Assembly (NCBI GenBank): GCA_965116475.1
Contig: OZ220691.1
Span: 1-64,000, forward strand
Reading direction: 5' to 3'
Length of the DNA: 64,000 nucleotides
Source of the DNA: Gemmatimonadota bacterium
Lineage (GTDB): Bacteria; Gemmatimonadota; Gemmatimonadetes; Palauibacterales; Palauibacteraceae
Shown here piece after piece: positions 28,545 to 38,742 of the stretch. Positions within the stretch are counted from its first letter, which is position 1, and each line of letters starts with the position of its first letter. Both the position numbers and the translations under genes were made by a program. The notes under the pieces were generated by a model. That model ran no database searches. It had not been told where the DNA came from and saw nothing but the letters and a program-made list of their open reading frames with translations.

Positions 28545-31081
28545 ACGCCGTTGGCCGCCAGCAGGGCCAGCAGCACCGCGATGCCCAGCCAGAACGACCA
28601 TCGCAGCAGACGGGATTCGTAGTACATCTCCACTTCTCCCCGTCCGGCCGGCACCGGCACGGCCCGCAGCGTGTGGTATGCGCGCATCACCGGCACGGTC
28701 TCCCCGTTCACGCGGGCCTTCCACGCGGGATACCAGTTGTCCGCGACCACAAGGAGGGCGGGCCGCTCGGAGACGACTTCGAGCCGAAGCCGATCCGGTC
28801 CCCGCTCCAGCCACGTCACCTCGCCACTGACCGAACCCCCGTCGAGCTCCTGCGGCGCGGCCTCGGCCAAGACCGCTTCCCTCTCCGGATCGAAGCCCGG
28901 CGACAGCATGTAGGGCACGGCCTCCTCGTCGGTCTTGACGACGGCGGAGCCCACGAGGCGGGCGCGAGGCAACCCCGCCTCCTCGAATACGGACTCCAGG
29001 ATCCGGCCGTCCGGCGTTTGCGTGCTGCTGAGGACCGGTCCGGCGGGAGATTGCCCCATGGCGAGATCCGGCCAGAGGATGTAGCGCACGTTGAGCAGGG
29101 CCCGGAGATTGCCGGACTGCAGGAGATTGAGCGGAAGCCCGGAACCGGCCATCCCGATCAGTTCGCGGTACCGGGCGAGGTCGTTCGGGTGATGGCCCGC
29201 CGCCAGTTCGATCCCGCTCAGAACGGGATCGAGGTCCTGTCCCGCCCTCCGCAGGGAGAGCATGCGGTAGGGCTCGTCATTTCCCCTCTCGCGTTCCAGC
29301 ACGGCCCGGATGTTCGCGTCGGGCGTCGCCCACTGGTGGAAATCCATCGTCTGAACGAAGATCCGATCCACCCGCAGCGCGTCCGCGGCCACGAGGGTGA
29401 CGAGTCCCGCCACCAACAGCCTTGCGCCCGCCGGACCGAGGCGGGACCCGCGGCAGACCCACGCCAGGATGGCGAGCGCTCCCGCCAGCAGGAATGCGAT
29501 CCATGCCCCGGCCGCGATGTGCGGTTCGGCTGCGGCGAGCGCGGCCCGGCGCCCTTCGTCGATCCCGAAGACCGCCGACCAGGTGGACGTCAGGCCCCCG
29601 GCCGAGGCGAGCAGCGCCACGCCCCCCAGGATGGCGGCGCCCCAGAAAAGCACGCGCTGCGGCGTCCCGGGCTCCGGTTTCCCGGGCTGCGGCCTGCCGG
29701 CCTGCAGCGCCTCGGGCCAGCTGGCGCGAAGGCGGTCGACACCCAGCGCGGCCAGCGTCGCCACGGAGAAGGCGAACAGGAACATCGCCGTGGACGGGGC
29801 CCGGAACAGCCGGATGCCTGGGACGACCTCGTAAGCGATGCGCCACACCGGCGTATGCGCACCGAGCGCGAACAGGAGCACGGCACCCGCCAACCCCGCA
29901 AAAAACCAGCGCGTGCCGCGCCAGGCGCCGCCGGCGAAGGACACCGCCGCAAGCAGGAGAAGCACCAGGCCCGCGTACTCGGAATTGAGCTTGAACGGAT
30001 TCCGGCCCCAATACGTGCCCGCAGCCCACGCGGCAGATCCGTTCACGCTGCTCCCGGCGAACTGCGGAATCACGAGCGAGCCCACTTCCTCCGGGTGGAG
30101 CGACCACGAACTCGACCACGCCTCGCCCGTCTCGCCCGCGACTTCATCCGACGTGGCCGTGCGCCGGGAGAAGTCCGTCACATAGTCGAGGGCGGGAAGG
30201 AGTTGTCCTCCGGCGATGACCGCCCCCGCGACCGAAGCCAGCAGGAAGAGCCCGAACCGACCGAGCGCCGGGCGGGTCTCTGCCCTGGGCAGACCGCTCC
30301 CTGTCTCGGCGGTCTCCCCGTCAGGCGTCGCGCCCTGCCCCTCCCCCCGCCGCGCGCCCTGGCGCAGGAGGCCGATCGTCCTGAAGATCGCGAACGCCCC
30401 GGCGGCCGCGAATAGAAAATATGCCAACTGGAAGTGCGGCGTCAGGATGACCGCCGCCACGGCGAGCGCGATGCCGGTGAACGATCTCAAGCGGGGACGG
30501 AGAAAGAAGCGCTCCGTACAGAGAAACAGCAGCGGCGCCAGGGCGGTCACGAACAGCTTCCCGTCCTGTCCGCCGTAGACGAGGCTCACCATCACCGGCG
30601 CCAGCATGTAGCCCACCCCGGAGACGAGGGCCGCGCCGCGCGAGACGCCAAGGGCCCGAGTCCAGCCGAACATGAAGAACCCCGCCGCGATCACGTGCAG
30701 GATGAGCTTCCAGCCCAGCGACCGATACGTCTCGGTGAGGAGGAGAAGGATCAACGATGGCGGATAGAGGGCGTCGCCGGCGCTCAGTCCATCGACATAC
30801 GGAGTGCCTCCGAGAATCTCGGGCTGCCAGAGCGGCACCCGGCCGAGTTCCTCGATCGCCTCCGAATAGAGCGCGCGGGCGTGGTATCCTCCGGAAAGCG
30901 TATCCGTGCCCACCAGCATCGCGTCGCTGAAGATGAACGAAGCGAAGAGGACGATCCCGAGGGCGGGAAACAGGACCCACGGCGCCCAGCGCGGCACGAC
31001 GGCCGCAACTCCGGCGCCCCCTCCGCCACTGCCCCGCTCCGCCGCCTCGCGGCCGCGCCGCCGCTTACCCTTCGAAGGCAT
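28505..31081 (-). CDS. YfhO-family polytopic membrane protein (GT-C fold glycosyltransferase)
   Basis: PLWQP.ILGG.P, LYP, H.QL, FRAP, about 13 TMs, and C-terminal LVVADNWYPAWKARVNG..RAV.VPAG..V.M.Y. Confidence 0.85.
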   Translation of the reverse strand: MPSKGKRRRGREAAERGSGGGGAGVAAVVPRWAPWVLFPALGIVLFASFIFSDAMLVGTDTLSGGYHARALYSEAIEELGRVPLWQPEILGGTPYVDGLSAGDALYPPSLILLLLTETYRSLGWKLILHVIAAGFFMFGWTRALGVSRGAALVSGVGYMLAPVMVSLVYGGQDGKLFVTALAPLLFLCTERFFLRPRLRSFTGIALAVAAVILTPHFQLAYFLFAAAGAFAIFRTIGLLRQGARRGEGQGATPDGETAETGSGLPRAETRPALGRFGLFLLASVAGAVIAGGQLLPALDYVTDFSRRTATSDEVAGETGEAWSSSWSLHPEEVGSLVIPQFAGSSVNGSAAWAAGTYWGRNPFKLNSEYAGLVLLLLAAVSFAGGAWRGTRWFFAGLAGAVLLFALGAHTPVWRIAYEVVPGIRLFRAPSTAMFLFAFSVATLAALGVDRLRASWPEALQAGRPQPGKPEPGTPQRVLFWGAAILGGVALLASAGGLTSTWSAVFGIDEGRRAALAAAEPHIAAGAWIAFLLAGALAILAWVCRGSRLGPAGARLLVAGLVTLVAADALRVDRIFVQTMDFHQWATPDANIRAVLERERGNDEPYRMLSLRRAGQDLDPVLSGIELAAGHHPNDLARYRELIGMAGSGLPLNLLQSGNLRALLNVRYILWPDLAMGQSPAGPVLSSTQTPDGRILESVFEEAGLPRARLVGSAVVKTDEEAVPYMLSPGFDPEREAVLAEAAPQELDGGSVSGEVTWLERGPDRLRLEVVSERPALLVVADNWYPAWKARVNGETVPVMRAYHTLRAVPVPAGRGEVEMYYESRLLRWSFWLGIAVLLALLAANGVQLWRARSERSSA

Positions 31082-31161
31082 GCATGACTCTGACCATCAT
31101 CGCTTTCCCTCGGACCTGTTCAGACTTCGCTCAACGTACCCGCCAGCCCGGGGCAACTCCA

Positions 31162-32142
31162 CTACGGGCCGGCTTCGCGGCTATCCTGGCGCGCGCCCAG
31201 TCCGATCAGCGCCGCAATGGCGAACCCGAAGAGCTCGCCAACCGTGGACCAGAGCCTGGCAGCCAGCGCGAGCGCGGCCGCCGGTCCGATCGGAAGGCCG
31301 GCCGCAACGCCGAGCAGACTCGCCATGGCGGCCTCGCGCACGACCATGCCGGCGGGCGCCAGGATGACCAGGTATCCGGCCACGTAGGCGGCCGCGAACA
31401 CGCCGATCGCCTCGATCGGACCCAGGGGGTTGGACACCAGCATCCCCTCGAGCAGCAGCCAGAAACCCAGGCCGTGCGGCACCCACAGCACGAGGCGCGC
31501 CAGCGTGGCCCGCAGCAGGAGGCCTCCCTGCATCGCCGGAGGCTCGGAGTCGGGCGGTTCCCGCAGCAGCCGGCGTCCCAGCCGGATCATGGCCCGCAGG
31601 ACGGGCGGCCAGAGCGCTATGGCGATCGCGAGAACGCCCAGGACCGCCGACCACGGTCCGATGGCGCCGAACGCACTCGTGCCGAGCACGGCGGCGCCGA
31701 GGCCCGCGCCGGTGGCCAGCGTGCCCGCCTGCAGGACGAGTCCTACCGTGAGCGCGACCACGCCGGAGTCGCCGCGGGCGCGGACGTACGCGACGAGACC
31801 CGTGGCCTGCCAGATACGGCCCGGGAGGTAGCGGGCGAGTTGCGACCCGAGCCACACGGAGACGCCCTCCCGCACGCCCATGCGGGCGCCGCAGGCCCGG
31901 AACACCGCGGCCCAGAGGGCGGCGCCGGCCAACAGGGCCAGGACTTCGCAGGCCACCGCTCCGACCAGCCACGGCGCGCGGAGCCGCCACCCCACACCCT
32001 CCGCCCCGGCCACCGCCGCCCAGGCGTCCCAGCGGCCGGACAGGGCGACGCCCACCGCAACGAGCGCGGCCACCAGGAAGAGAGCCGCACCGATGACGAC
32101 GACGGGACGCGACCGCCCCGGCCCGGGCCCGCGATCCCCCAC
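31162..32142 (-). CDS. Lysylphosphatidylglycerol-synthase-TM / flippase-like membrane protein
   Basis: SQLARYLPGRIW, GYLVILAPAGMVVREA, RLW. Multi-TM. Start GTG 32142 follows a GAGG RBS. Confidence 0.78.
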   Translation of the reverse strand: MGDRGPGPGRSRPVVVIGAALFLVAALVAVGVALSGRWDAWAAVAGAEGVGWRLRAPWLVGAVACEVLALLAGAALWAAVFRACGARMGVREGVSVWLGSQLARYLPGRIWQATGLVAYVRARGDSGVVALTVGLVLQAGTLATGAGLGAAVLGTSAFGAIGPWSAVLGVLAIAIALWPPVLRAMIRLGRRLLREPPDSEPPAMQGGLLLRATLARLVLWVPHGLGFWLLLEGMLVSNPLGPIEAIGVFAAAYVAGYLVILAPAGMVVREAAMASLLGVAAGLPIGPAAALALAARLWSTVGELFGFAIAALIGLGARQDSREAGP

Positions 32143-32146
32143 CGCC

Positions 32147-33670
32147 TCAGTCCGTGGCCGCGGGCGCGGGCAGTAGACGGAAGATGTACGAAGGCGGCTC
32201 GCCGTCCTCATACACCAACTCGAACCGGGTTTGGTACGCCTGAATCGCGGGAACGAGGTACCGCCCCGTCGTGCCGCTTATCTGATCCACGACCACGTAG
32301 TCCGCGCCCATCTCCTCGAGGCCGCGCATCACGGAGGCCGGATCGGAGGAGAACGCGTACACATCGCCGGGGCGGCGTGCGTGCCAGTAGAAGAGACGCG
32401 GCTTCCGGTTCGCGATGATTGCGTCCAGGGGCGTGTTATCCCGGGCCCAGCGGGCGGCCGCATACAGGCTCGCTTCGGCGGGGCGGTCGCACGGGCGCCC
32501 GGCGCGATAGGCGGCGGCGCAGACGATGCGGTCCGGCGCGGTCTCCGCGACCCAGGCAACGCCGAACACGGCAACCACGATCGGGGCCGCCCAGCCGATC
32601 CACGCCCGGGAGCGAGACGCCAGCCGCCACACGGCCACGAAGGCCAGGACGAGCAATACCGGCAGGAGCGGGAGAAGGAAGCGGCGGTCCGTCCACGCGG
32701 GCGGCCAGGTCAGTATGACTCCCGTGTAGAGGAACGCGAACACTTCGGCGGGCCGCAAACCTTCGCGCACGCGCAGCGTCCAGCCGGCCAGAGCCGCAGC
32801 CGCAACCGCCAGGCCGAGGACCATGGAAACACCGCTCGCCCCGCCGAGGGCGCCCGGGCCGGCGAGCGTCTGCGGGAGCACGGATTCCACGTAGCGCCAG
32901 GAGTTGTCGGCGGCGCGGACGATGAGGCCACCCAGATCCACGTTCCCCGCCCCGGCGTCGTAGGGGTTGGCCAGCAGCAGTTCGGTCAGGTACCCGTCCC
33001 GGCCCGGCGCGGCCCACCGCTGGTAGAGCACCCATCCTCCGACGACCCCAACGGCGGTCCCCGCCGCCCCCAGCGCGCGGCGGCGGCCGTGTCCTTCGAG
33101 GAGCCAGGCGAGGGGCAGCGCGAGGAGCAGGGCGACGCCGGCGGTCCGGGTCATGAAGGCCAAGGCCGCCGCGGTCAGCGCGAGCACAACGCCCTTCCTG
33201 TCGTCGCGCAGCGCCAGCCAGAGCGCGAGCGTGACGAACAGCGTGAACGGGGCCTCGCTGAGGATGTAGTGGCCGTACTCCAGCAGCGTCGGGTTGACGG
33301 CCAGCACGCCCGCGGCGGCGAGAGCCGGACCCTTCCCCGCCAACCGCCGGCCGAAGAGCGCCGTGACCCAGACCACTCCCGCCGTGCACGCCAGCATGAG
33401 CACCTTCGCCACGATGACGCCGCCCACCCAACCCGACAGCGCAAGCAGCGACGGCAGCACAGGCGGATACTTGTCGTGGAGCGGCGTCCCCGGGAGATAG
33501 AGGTCGCGATACCCTTCTCCGGTCCTCAGCGCCTCCCCGAGGATGAGGTATGCGGCGTTGTCGCCGCCGGGAAAGAGCGTGGGCTCGAAGACGATCAGCC
33601 CCAGCAGGAAATGAAGGAGCGCCAGGCCCGCGGCGACAAGACTGAAGTTGTCCTTCCGCGGGGCGCTCAC
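32147..33670 (-). CDS. ArnT/PMT-like (GT39/GT83) GT-C membrane glycosyltransferase
   Basis: GGDNAAY, KYPP, ILSEAPF, TRTAG, RFLLP, multi-TM with a periplasmic C-terminal domain. Confidence 0.78.
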   Translation of the reverse strand: MSAPRKDNFSLVAAGLALLHFLLGLIVFEPTLFPGGDNAAYLILGEALRTGEGYRDLYLPGTPLHDKYPPVLPSLLALSGWVGGVIVAKVLMLACTAGVVWVTALFGRRLAGKGPALAAAGVLAVNPTLLEYGHYILSEAPFTLFVTLALWLALRDDRKGVVLALTAAALAFMTRTAGVALLLALPLAWLLEGHGRRRALGAAGTAVGVVGGWVLYQRWAAPGRDGYLTELLLANPYDAGAGNVDLGGLIVRAADNSWRYVESVLPQTLAGPGALGGASGVSMVLGLAVAAAALAGWTLRVREGLRPAEVFAFLYTGVILTWPPAWTDRRFLLPLLPVLLVLAFVAVWRLASRSRAWIGWAAPIVVAVFGVAWVAETAPDRIVCAAAYRAGRPCDRPAEASLYAAARWARDNTPLDAIIANRKPRLFYWHARRPGDVYAFSSDPASVMRGLEEMGADYVVVDQISGTTGRYLVPAIQAYQTRFELVYEDGEPPSYIFRLLPAPAATD

Positions 33671-33672
33671 CG

Positions 33673-34599
33673 TCAACCGTCCCCGCCGCGTTTGAGGTCC
33701 TCGATCTCGTCGCGGAGCTGCGCCATCGTTTCCGCGAGAAATCCCAGGATGAAGAGGAGGAGGCCTCCCACGACCAGGAGAAGTACGAGCGTGAGCAGCG
33801 GGCGGTACCCGAGTCCGAAGCCGAAGCGCAGGACGAGGGCCGTGAGTCCCGTCACGCAGCCCGCCGCGATCAGCGCGAGGCCGCTCGTGCCGAAGAAGAG
33901 CAGCGGCTTGCGCCCGAACACGAGCTGGAACCACACCGACACCATGTCGAGCATCCCGATGAGGATGCGCCGACGCCCGGAGAACTTGGGTTCGCCATGC
34001 CGGCGCGGGAGGAGGTCGATGTCCAGTTCGCCGAGCCGGTATCCCCGGGCGTGGGCGAGCACGACGAAATAGCGGTGCCAGTCGTGCCGCAGCCGGAGGC
34101 CCCTGAGGACGTCGGCCCGAAAGGCCTTCATCGAGTTGAGGTCGCGCACGGGCACCTTGAAGATCGCGCGCGCGAGCCGGTTGTAGATGGACGACGTGAA
34201 GCGCTTCTCGTAGCGCCCCACCTTACGGCCCGCGACGAGGTCGTACCCCTCGTCCAGCTTCGCCGCGAAGCGCGGAATCTCTTCGGTGGAATGTTGCAGG
34301 TCCGCGTCGAAGAGGACGAGATATTCGCCGCGGGCCGCCGCCGCGGCGGTGAGCATCGCCTCCGTCTTCCCGCGGTTCGCCCGGTGTCGAAGCACGACGG
34401 CCCCGCCGCCCAGCCCCGCCTGCCCGGCCGCCTGCTCGGCGGCTTCGGCCGTCCCGTCGCCGGAGCCATCGTCGACCAGCACGACTTCCGCCGCGAGATC
34501 GTGCTTCGCGAACGTCGCCGCGAGTTCCGCGAACAGTTCGGGCATGTTCTCGGCTTCGTCGTACGCCGGGACGAGGACCGAAACTCTCGGGTCGCTCAT
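33673..34599 (-). CDS. GT2 polyprenyl-phosphate glycosyltransferase (ArnC/GtrB-like) with two C-terminal TMs
   Basis: VPAYDE, VDDGSGDGT, NRGK, FDADLQH, PRRHG.PKF, FGRKPL.FFG. ATGA overlap with the rpoN stop. Confidence 0.88.
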   Translation of the reverse strand: MSDPRVSVLVPAYDEAENMPELFAELAATFAKHDLAAEVVLVDDGSGDGTAEAAEQAAGQAGLGGGAVVLRHRANRGKTEAMLTAAAAARGEYLVLFDADLQHSTEEIPRFAAKLDEGYDLVAGRKVGRYEKRFTSSIYNRLARAIFKVPVRDLNSMKAFRADVLRGLRLRHDWHRYFVVLAHARGYRLGELDIDLLPRRHGEPKFSGRRRILIGMLDMVSVWFQLVFGRKPLLFFGTSGLALIAAGCVTGLTALVLRFGFGLGYRPLLTLVLLLVVGGLLLFILGFLAETMAQLRDEIEDLKRGGDG

Positions 34600-36059
34600 A
34601 CGCGCCTGCGCAGCCGCGCCGAGAGGATCCCGAGCCCGTCCCGGTACTTCGCCACCGTGCGGCGCGCGATCCGGACGCCCGCTTCCTGCAGGCGGGAGGT
34701 GATCTCGTGGTCGCTGAGGGGCGCCGTCGGGTCCTCCTCTGCCACCAGCCTGCGGATGCGGGCCCGCACGCCCTCCGCCGACAGGTCTTCCCCCCCGAGC
34801 GTCGAGTAGCCGCCCGAAAAGAAGAACTTGAGCGGATAGAGTCCGCGCGGCGTCTGCACGTACTTGCCGTTCGTCACGCGCGAAACGGTGGACTCGTGCA
34901 TCTCGATGTGCCGGGCCACATCGCGAAGCGTGAGCGGCCGCAGGTGTTCGACCCCCTTTTCGAAGAAGTCGTGCTGCCGCTCGACGATGAAGTTCATCAC
35001 CTTCAGCATCGTCTGCCGGCGCTGTTCGATCGCCTGGATCAGCCACCGGGCGCTGTTGAGCCGTTCCGAGATGAACGCCCTGTTTTGTCCCTCGAACCGG
35101 GCGCGGTCGGCGGCCACGTCCTCGTAGACGGGAGAGATCCTCAGCCGCGGCAGCGACCTATCGGCGTGGGAGACGCGATACCGCCCCTCGACCTTCTCCA
35201 CCGTGAGGTCCGGGATCACGTAGGAATCGGACGCGTCGGCGTACCTGAGACCGGGTTTGGGATCGAGTTTCGCGATCTCGTCCGCCGCCGCCTGCACGTC
35301 GCCCGGCTCAATCCCGAAATCCTCCGCCAGTTCCGGCCACCGGCGGTTCGCGAGATCATCGAAGTGGCCGTCGACGATGCGGTGGGCCAGCGACCCCTCC
35401 CGCCCGCGGTCCCGCAACTGCAGCAGAAGCGTCTCGCGCAGGTCCCGCGCCGCGATGCCGCTGGGTTCGAAGGACTGGATCCGGGCGAGCATCTCCTCCA
35501 CTTCCTCGCGCGACACCCCCTCCAGCGCTTCGACGATCCGGTCGAGCGAGCAGGAGAGGAACCCGTCGCGGTCCACGTTGCCGATGATCTCTTCGCCGAT
35601 CCGCAGTTGGCGCTCGCCGAGACGGAGCAGGTTCAACTGCTCGTGGAGATGGTCCCACAACGTCCGCGCGGCGGTGGCCGTGGGCGCGAAGTATTCCCGA
35701 TCCCCGTATTCCTCGGGCCGCCCGCCCGCATCGAAGTCGTCGAGGAGGGGGTCGTCCCAGTCCATTTCCTCCGCGGCCTCTTCCGCCGCCTCCCCCTCGG
35801 CCTCTCCGGGGTCGTCTCCAGCGCCGTCTCGAGCGTCGTCGGCCAGGGAATCGCGCAGGTCGTCGATGGGGTCGTCCGGCTCGTCGCCCGGTTCCACGAG
35901 GTCGAGGAACGGGTTCTCGACGAGCGCCTCCTGCAGGTGGCTCTGGAGGTCGAGCAGCGGCATGTGCAGAAGGTCCATCGCCTGGTAGAGGCGTGGCTGC
36001 GCCTTCTGTTCCTGCCGCAGGTGAAGGCCCGCGGCGAGACTCTGCCGTCCCGCTGCCAT
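34596..36059 (-). CDS. rpoN: RNA polymerase sigma-54 factor
   Basis: Q/L-rich region I, ENPFL, LRPLTLRDVA..MHESTVSR, RpoN box ARRTVAKYR. Confidence 0.97.
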   Translation of the reverse strand: MAAGRQSLAAGLHLRQEQKAQPRLYQAMDLLHMPLLDLQSHLQEALVENPFLDLVEPGDEPDDPIDDLRDSLADDARDGAGDDPGEAEGEAAEEAAEEMDWDDPLLDDFDAGGRPEEYGDREYFAPTATAARTLWDHLHEQLNLLRLGERQLRIGEEIIGNVDRDGFLSCSLDRIVEALEGVSREEVEEMLARIQSFEPSGIAARDLRETLLLQLRDRGREGSLAHRIVDGHFDDLANRRWPELAEDFGIEPGDVQAAADEIAKLDPKPGLRYADASDSYVIPDLTVEKVEGRYRVSHADRSLPRLRISPVYEDVAADRARFEGQNRAFISERLNSARWLIQAIEQRRQTMLKVMNFIVERQHDFFEKGVEHLRPLTLRDVARHIEMHESTVSRVTNGKYVQTPRGLYPLKFFFSGGYSTLGGEDLSAEGVRARIRRLVAEEDPTAPLSDHEITSRLQEAGVRIARRTVAKYRDGLGILSARLRRRV

Positions 36060-36061
36060 GT

Positions 36062-36787
36062 TCAGAGCCTGAAATCCTCCCCGAGGTACAGTTGCCGCGC
36101 TTCCGGATCGTTCACCAGGTGATCCGCCTCGCCCTGCACCAGGATCTTGCCCTCGAACAGGAGGTAGGCGCGGTCCGTGATCGACAGCGTCTCGCGCACG
36201 TTGTGGTCGGTGATGAGCACCCCCAGACCCTTGTCCCTGAGGCCGCGCACGATGCGCTGAATGTCGTCGATTGCGATCGGATCGACCCCGGTGAACGGCT
36301 CATCGAGCAGCAGAAACTTGGGCCGGGTCGCCAGCGCCCGGGTGATCTCCAGGCGCCGCCGCTCTCCCCCCGAAAGCGAATACGCCTTGTTCGCCCGAAG
36401 GTGCTTGATGGACAGTTCGTCGAGCAACTCCTCCAGGCGGTCGCGCCGCTCCTGCCGCGACATCTTCATCGTCTCGAGGATCGCCATCACGTTCTGTTCG
36501 ACCGTGAGCTTCTGGAAGATCGACGCCTCCTGCGGAAGATAGCCGATGCCGGCCCGCGCCCGCCGGTACATGGGCCAGCTCGTGAGTTCGTCGCTGTCGA
36601 GGTAGACGCGTCCCTCATCCGCCTTGAGCAGACCCACGATCATGTAGAAGGTCGTGGTCTTCCCCGCCCCGTTGGGGCCGAGCAATCCGACGACCTCACC
36701 CTGCCGCACCTCGATCTCCACATGGTTCACGACGCAGCGGCGCTTGAAGGAGCGGACGAGGCCTTCGGCCCGTAGTACACTGCTCAA
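36062..36787 (-). CDS. lptB: LPS export ABC transporter ATP-binding protein
   Basis: [46 protein letters not shown]. Confidence 0.96.
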   Translation of the reverse strand: MSSVLRAEGLVRSFKRRCVVNHVEIEVRQGEVVGLLGPNGAGKTTTFYMIVGLLKADEGRVYLDSDELTSWPMYRRARAGIGYLPQEASIFQKLTVEQNVMAILETMKMSRQERRDRLEELLDELSIKHLRANKAYSLSGGERRRLEITRALATRPKFLLLDEPFTGVDPIAIDDIQRIVRGLRDKGLGVLITDHNVRETLSITDRAYLLFEGKILVQGEADHLVNDPEARQLYLGEDFRL

Positions 36788-38742
36788 CGGGATCTCCCGG
36801 ATCTGAGGGCCGGAGACGCGCCGGACGTCGTGCGCCGCTCCCGTCCCGGTTGGTGGTTGCGCGCGGCGTGCTGCACGTCGCTCGGGCGGCGCCCGCGGCG
36901 GTGCACGGTGTCCGGAGGTGCGCCGACCGTGTCGGGCGGCGCCGCCGTGCTGTCGGGCCGGACATTCGACGTGTCCGATGGCGCGCCGAGCGAGTCGGCG
37001 GGGGCGGAGGCGCTGTCGGCGGCGGCTGCCGCACTGTCGGCCACGGCTACGCTGTCGGCCGCGGCCGCGCTATCCGCCGCCGACGGCGTCCCGAACACTT
37101 CGCGTGGCTCGAGGTAGGCGCCGATCGCGTGTTCTCCTTCGACTCCCGTGGGTGCTCCCGCCTCGAAGTCGATCTGGAGGCGCCGCGCCACGAGATAGTT
37201 CAGCGACGGTCGCGCGCTCGTCGTCGAATCCCGGACCATTCGGTAGAAGGCGCTGGCGTTTCCCTCGACCACGAGCTGTCGCATGAAGGGGTCTGGGGCC
37301 GGCGCCGAGTCCGCGGCGGGGACGGCGGAGCGCTCGAAGACCGCGATAAGCGTATCGCCGCGCGCCCAGTTCGCCGAGCCGTCCGTCGCGAGTTCGATTT
37401 CGGCCGGCTCATCGTCCTCCTCCGCGACTTCAGTGGTGTCCGGGGCCGCGGCGCCGGTATCCGCGCCGACCTGAGCGGAGTCCGCCGCAAGGGTGGCAGC
37501 GGTGTCCGCCGGGGGGCTGGCAGCGGTGTCCGCGGGGGCTGCGGCGGTGTCCGCGGGGGCTGCGGTCGTGTCCCGGGCTGGGGCCGCGGCGGTGTCCTGG
37601 GCGGCGGCCGCGGCGGTCGAGTCGCGGGCGGTCGGACCCGCAGCCGTCGAGTCGGGGGCCGCCAGCTCGGCGGCGGTCGAATCCACAGCCGTCGAGTCGG
37701 CGGCGGTCGAATCGGCCGGCTCCGGAGCCGCAGGCACCGCCCACGACGAGTCGCTCTGGACCGCGACCGCACCGCCGATGGCGTACGCCGTGTCGATCTG
37801 ACTCCCGTACATCACGAAGTGGATCGAGTCGCCGAGAAGCTCGTGGCTGCCGGAGACTGCCCGGCTCACACCCTCCCCGTGCGCCTGCAACCGCTCCACC
37901 TCGCGATTTGCCAGGTCGATGTCGATCACTTCCGCCGCCACCTCGAACCTCTCCCCGGACGCGTAGCCATCGCCAACGGCGTGGATCTCTTCGAGTTCCT
38001 GGTTTTGGGAAACGAACTGTATCGAATCGCCCTCGAGTCGGACCCCCTCGGCCTCGATCCACGGCTCGCCCCACAGGACGCCCAAACCATCGGCACGGGT
38101 CAGCAATGCGCTGTCCGCCCGGGCGCTCAGGTCGCTCCGATTGATGAACGCATCCCCGTAGAAGCGGGCCTCGTCCTCTCCGGCGAAGATGGCCATCTCC
38201 GATTCGACGGTGAACGGCTCCGGCGACTCGGTGTTCGTCGGATAGAACGTAACGGTCGGCCGCCCGGGCGCGGTCGTGACGGCGTCGACACCGGAAACGG
38301 CTCGCAGAAACTCCACGCGGGGGCCGAGGAGGGTAGAGCGATCCGTCAGGCGGACGAGTTCGACATCTTCTTCGGCGATGATGAAGTCGGAGAGCTGAAA
38401 GTACAGGAGGCGTTCCGAGTTCAGCGTCCTGATCGAATCTTCGTAGACGACCGCGCCGAGGAGTTCCACCTGTCGCGGCCCGTCGCGCTTTATCGCACTG
38501 TCCGCCTCCATCGTGGCGGTGCCACAGGTCCACAGGTACCGGCCGCTGAGCACGGTGACGTGCGCACCGGTCGGGTCACGGTTCGTGACGCTCCTCGTGT
38601 CGTCTTCGAGCGGGCGCCACCGGAGACTGCACTGGCCAAGCGCAGATCCGACACCGGCTTCGGGCTCCTGCGCGGCGAGCGGGCCGGTGAGGCAGACCGC
38701 CGCCGCGAGGCAGGTCGCAAACCCGCTGCGTCCGCGAGTCAC
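36784..38742 (-). CDS. Large LptA/OstA-like periplasmic protein with two acidic A/D/S/T/P low-complexity tracts
   Basis: Located between lptC and lptB. Signal peptide, beta-jellyroll-like repeats (ADSA, GDSI, GDTL, V.GNA) and ADST-type repeats. Confidence 0.75.
   Translation of the reverse strand: MTRGRSGFATCLAAAVCLTGPLAAQEPEAGVGSALGQCSLRWRPLEDDTRSVTNRDPTGAHVTVLSGRYLWTCGTATMEADSAIKRDGPRQVELLGAVVYEDSIRTLNSERLLYFQLSDFIIAEEDVELVRLTDRSTLLGPRVEFLRAVSGVDAVTTAPGRPTVTFYPTNTESPEPFTVESEMAIFAGEDEARFYGDAFINRSDLSARADSALLTRADGLGVLWGEPWIEAEGVRLEGDSIQFVSQNQELEEIHAVGDGYASGERFEVAAEVIDIDLANREVERLQAHGEGVSRAVSGSHELLGDSIHFVMYGSQIDTAYAIGGAVAVQSDSSWAVPAAPEPADSTAADSTAVDSTAAELAAPDSTAAGPTARDSTAAAAAQDTAAAPARDTTAAPADTAAAPADTAASPPADTAATLAADSAQVGADTGAAAPDTTEVAEEDDEPAEIELATDGSANWARGDTLIAVFERSAVPAADSAPAPDPFMRQLVVEGNASAFYRMVRDSTTSARPSLNYLVARRLQIDFEAGAPTGVEGEHAIGAYLEPREVFGTPSAADSAAAADSVAVADSAAAAADSASAPADSLGAPSDTSNVRPDSTAAPPDTVGAPPDTVHRRGRRPSDVQHAARNHQPGRERRTTSGASPALRSGRSR
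36900..37085 (-). repeat. Coding low-complexity (A/P)D(S/T)xx repeat tract, C-terminus of the LptA-like protein
   Basis: [31 protein letters not shown]...[18 protein letters not shown]. Boundaries approximate. Confidence 0.8.
37430..37735 (-). repeat. Coding low-complexity D(S/T)(T/A)A repeat tract, internal to the LptA-like protein
   Basis: [16 protein letters not shown]...[21 protein letters not shown]; 15-24 bp imperfect DNA units. Boundaries approximate. Confidence 0.85.
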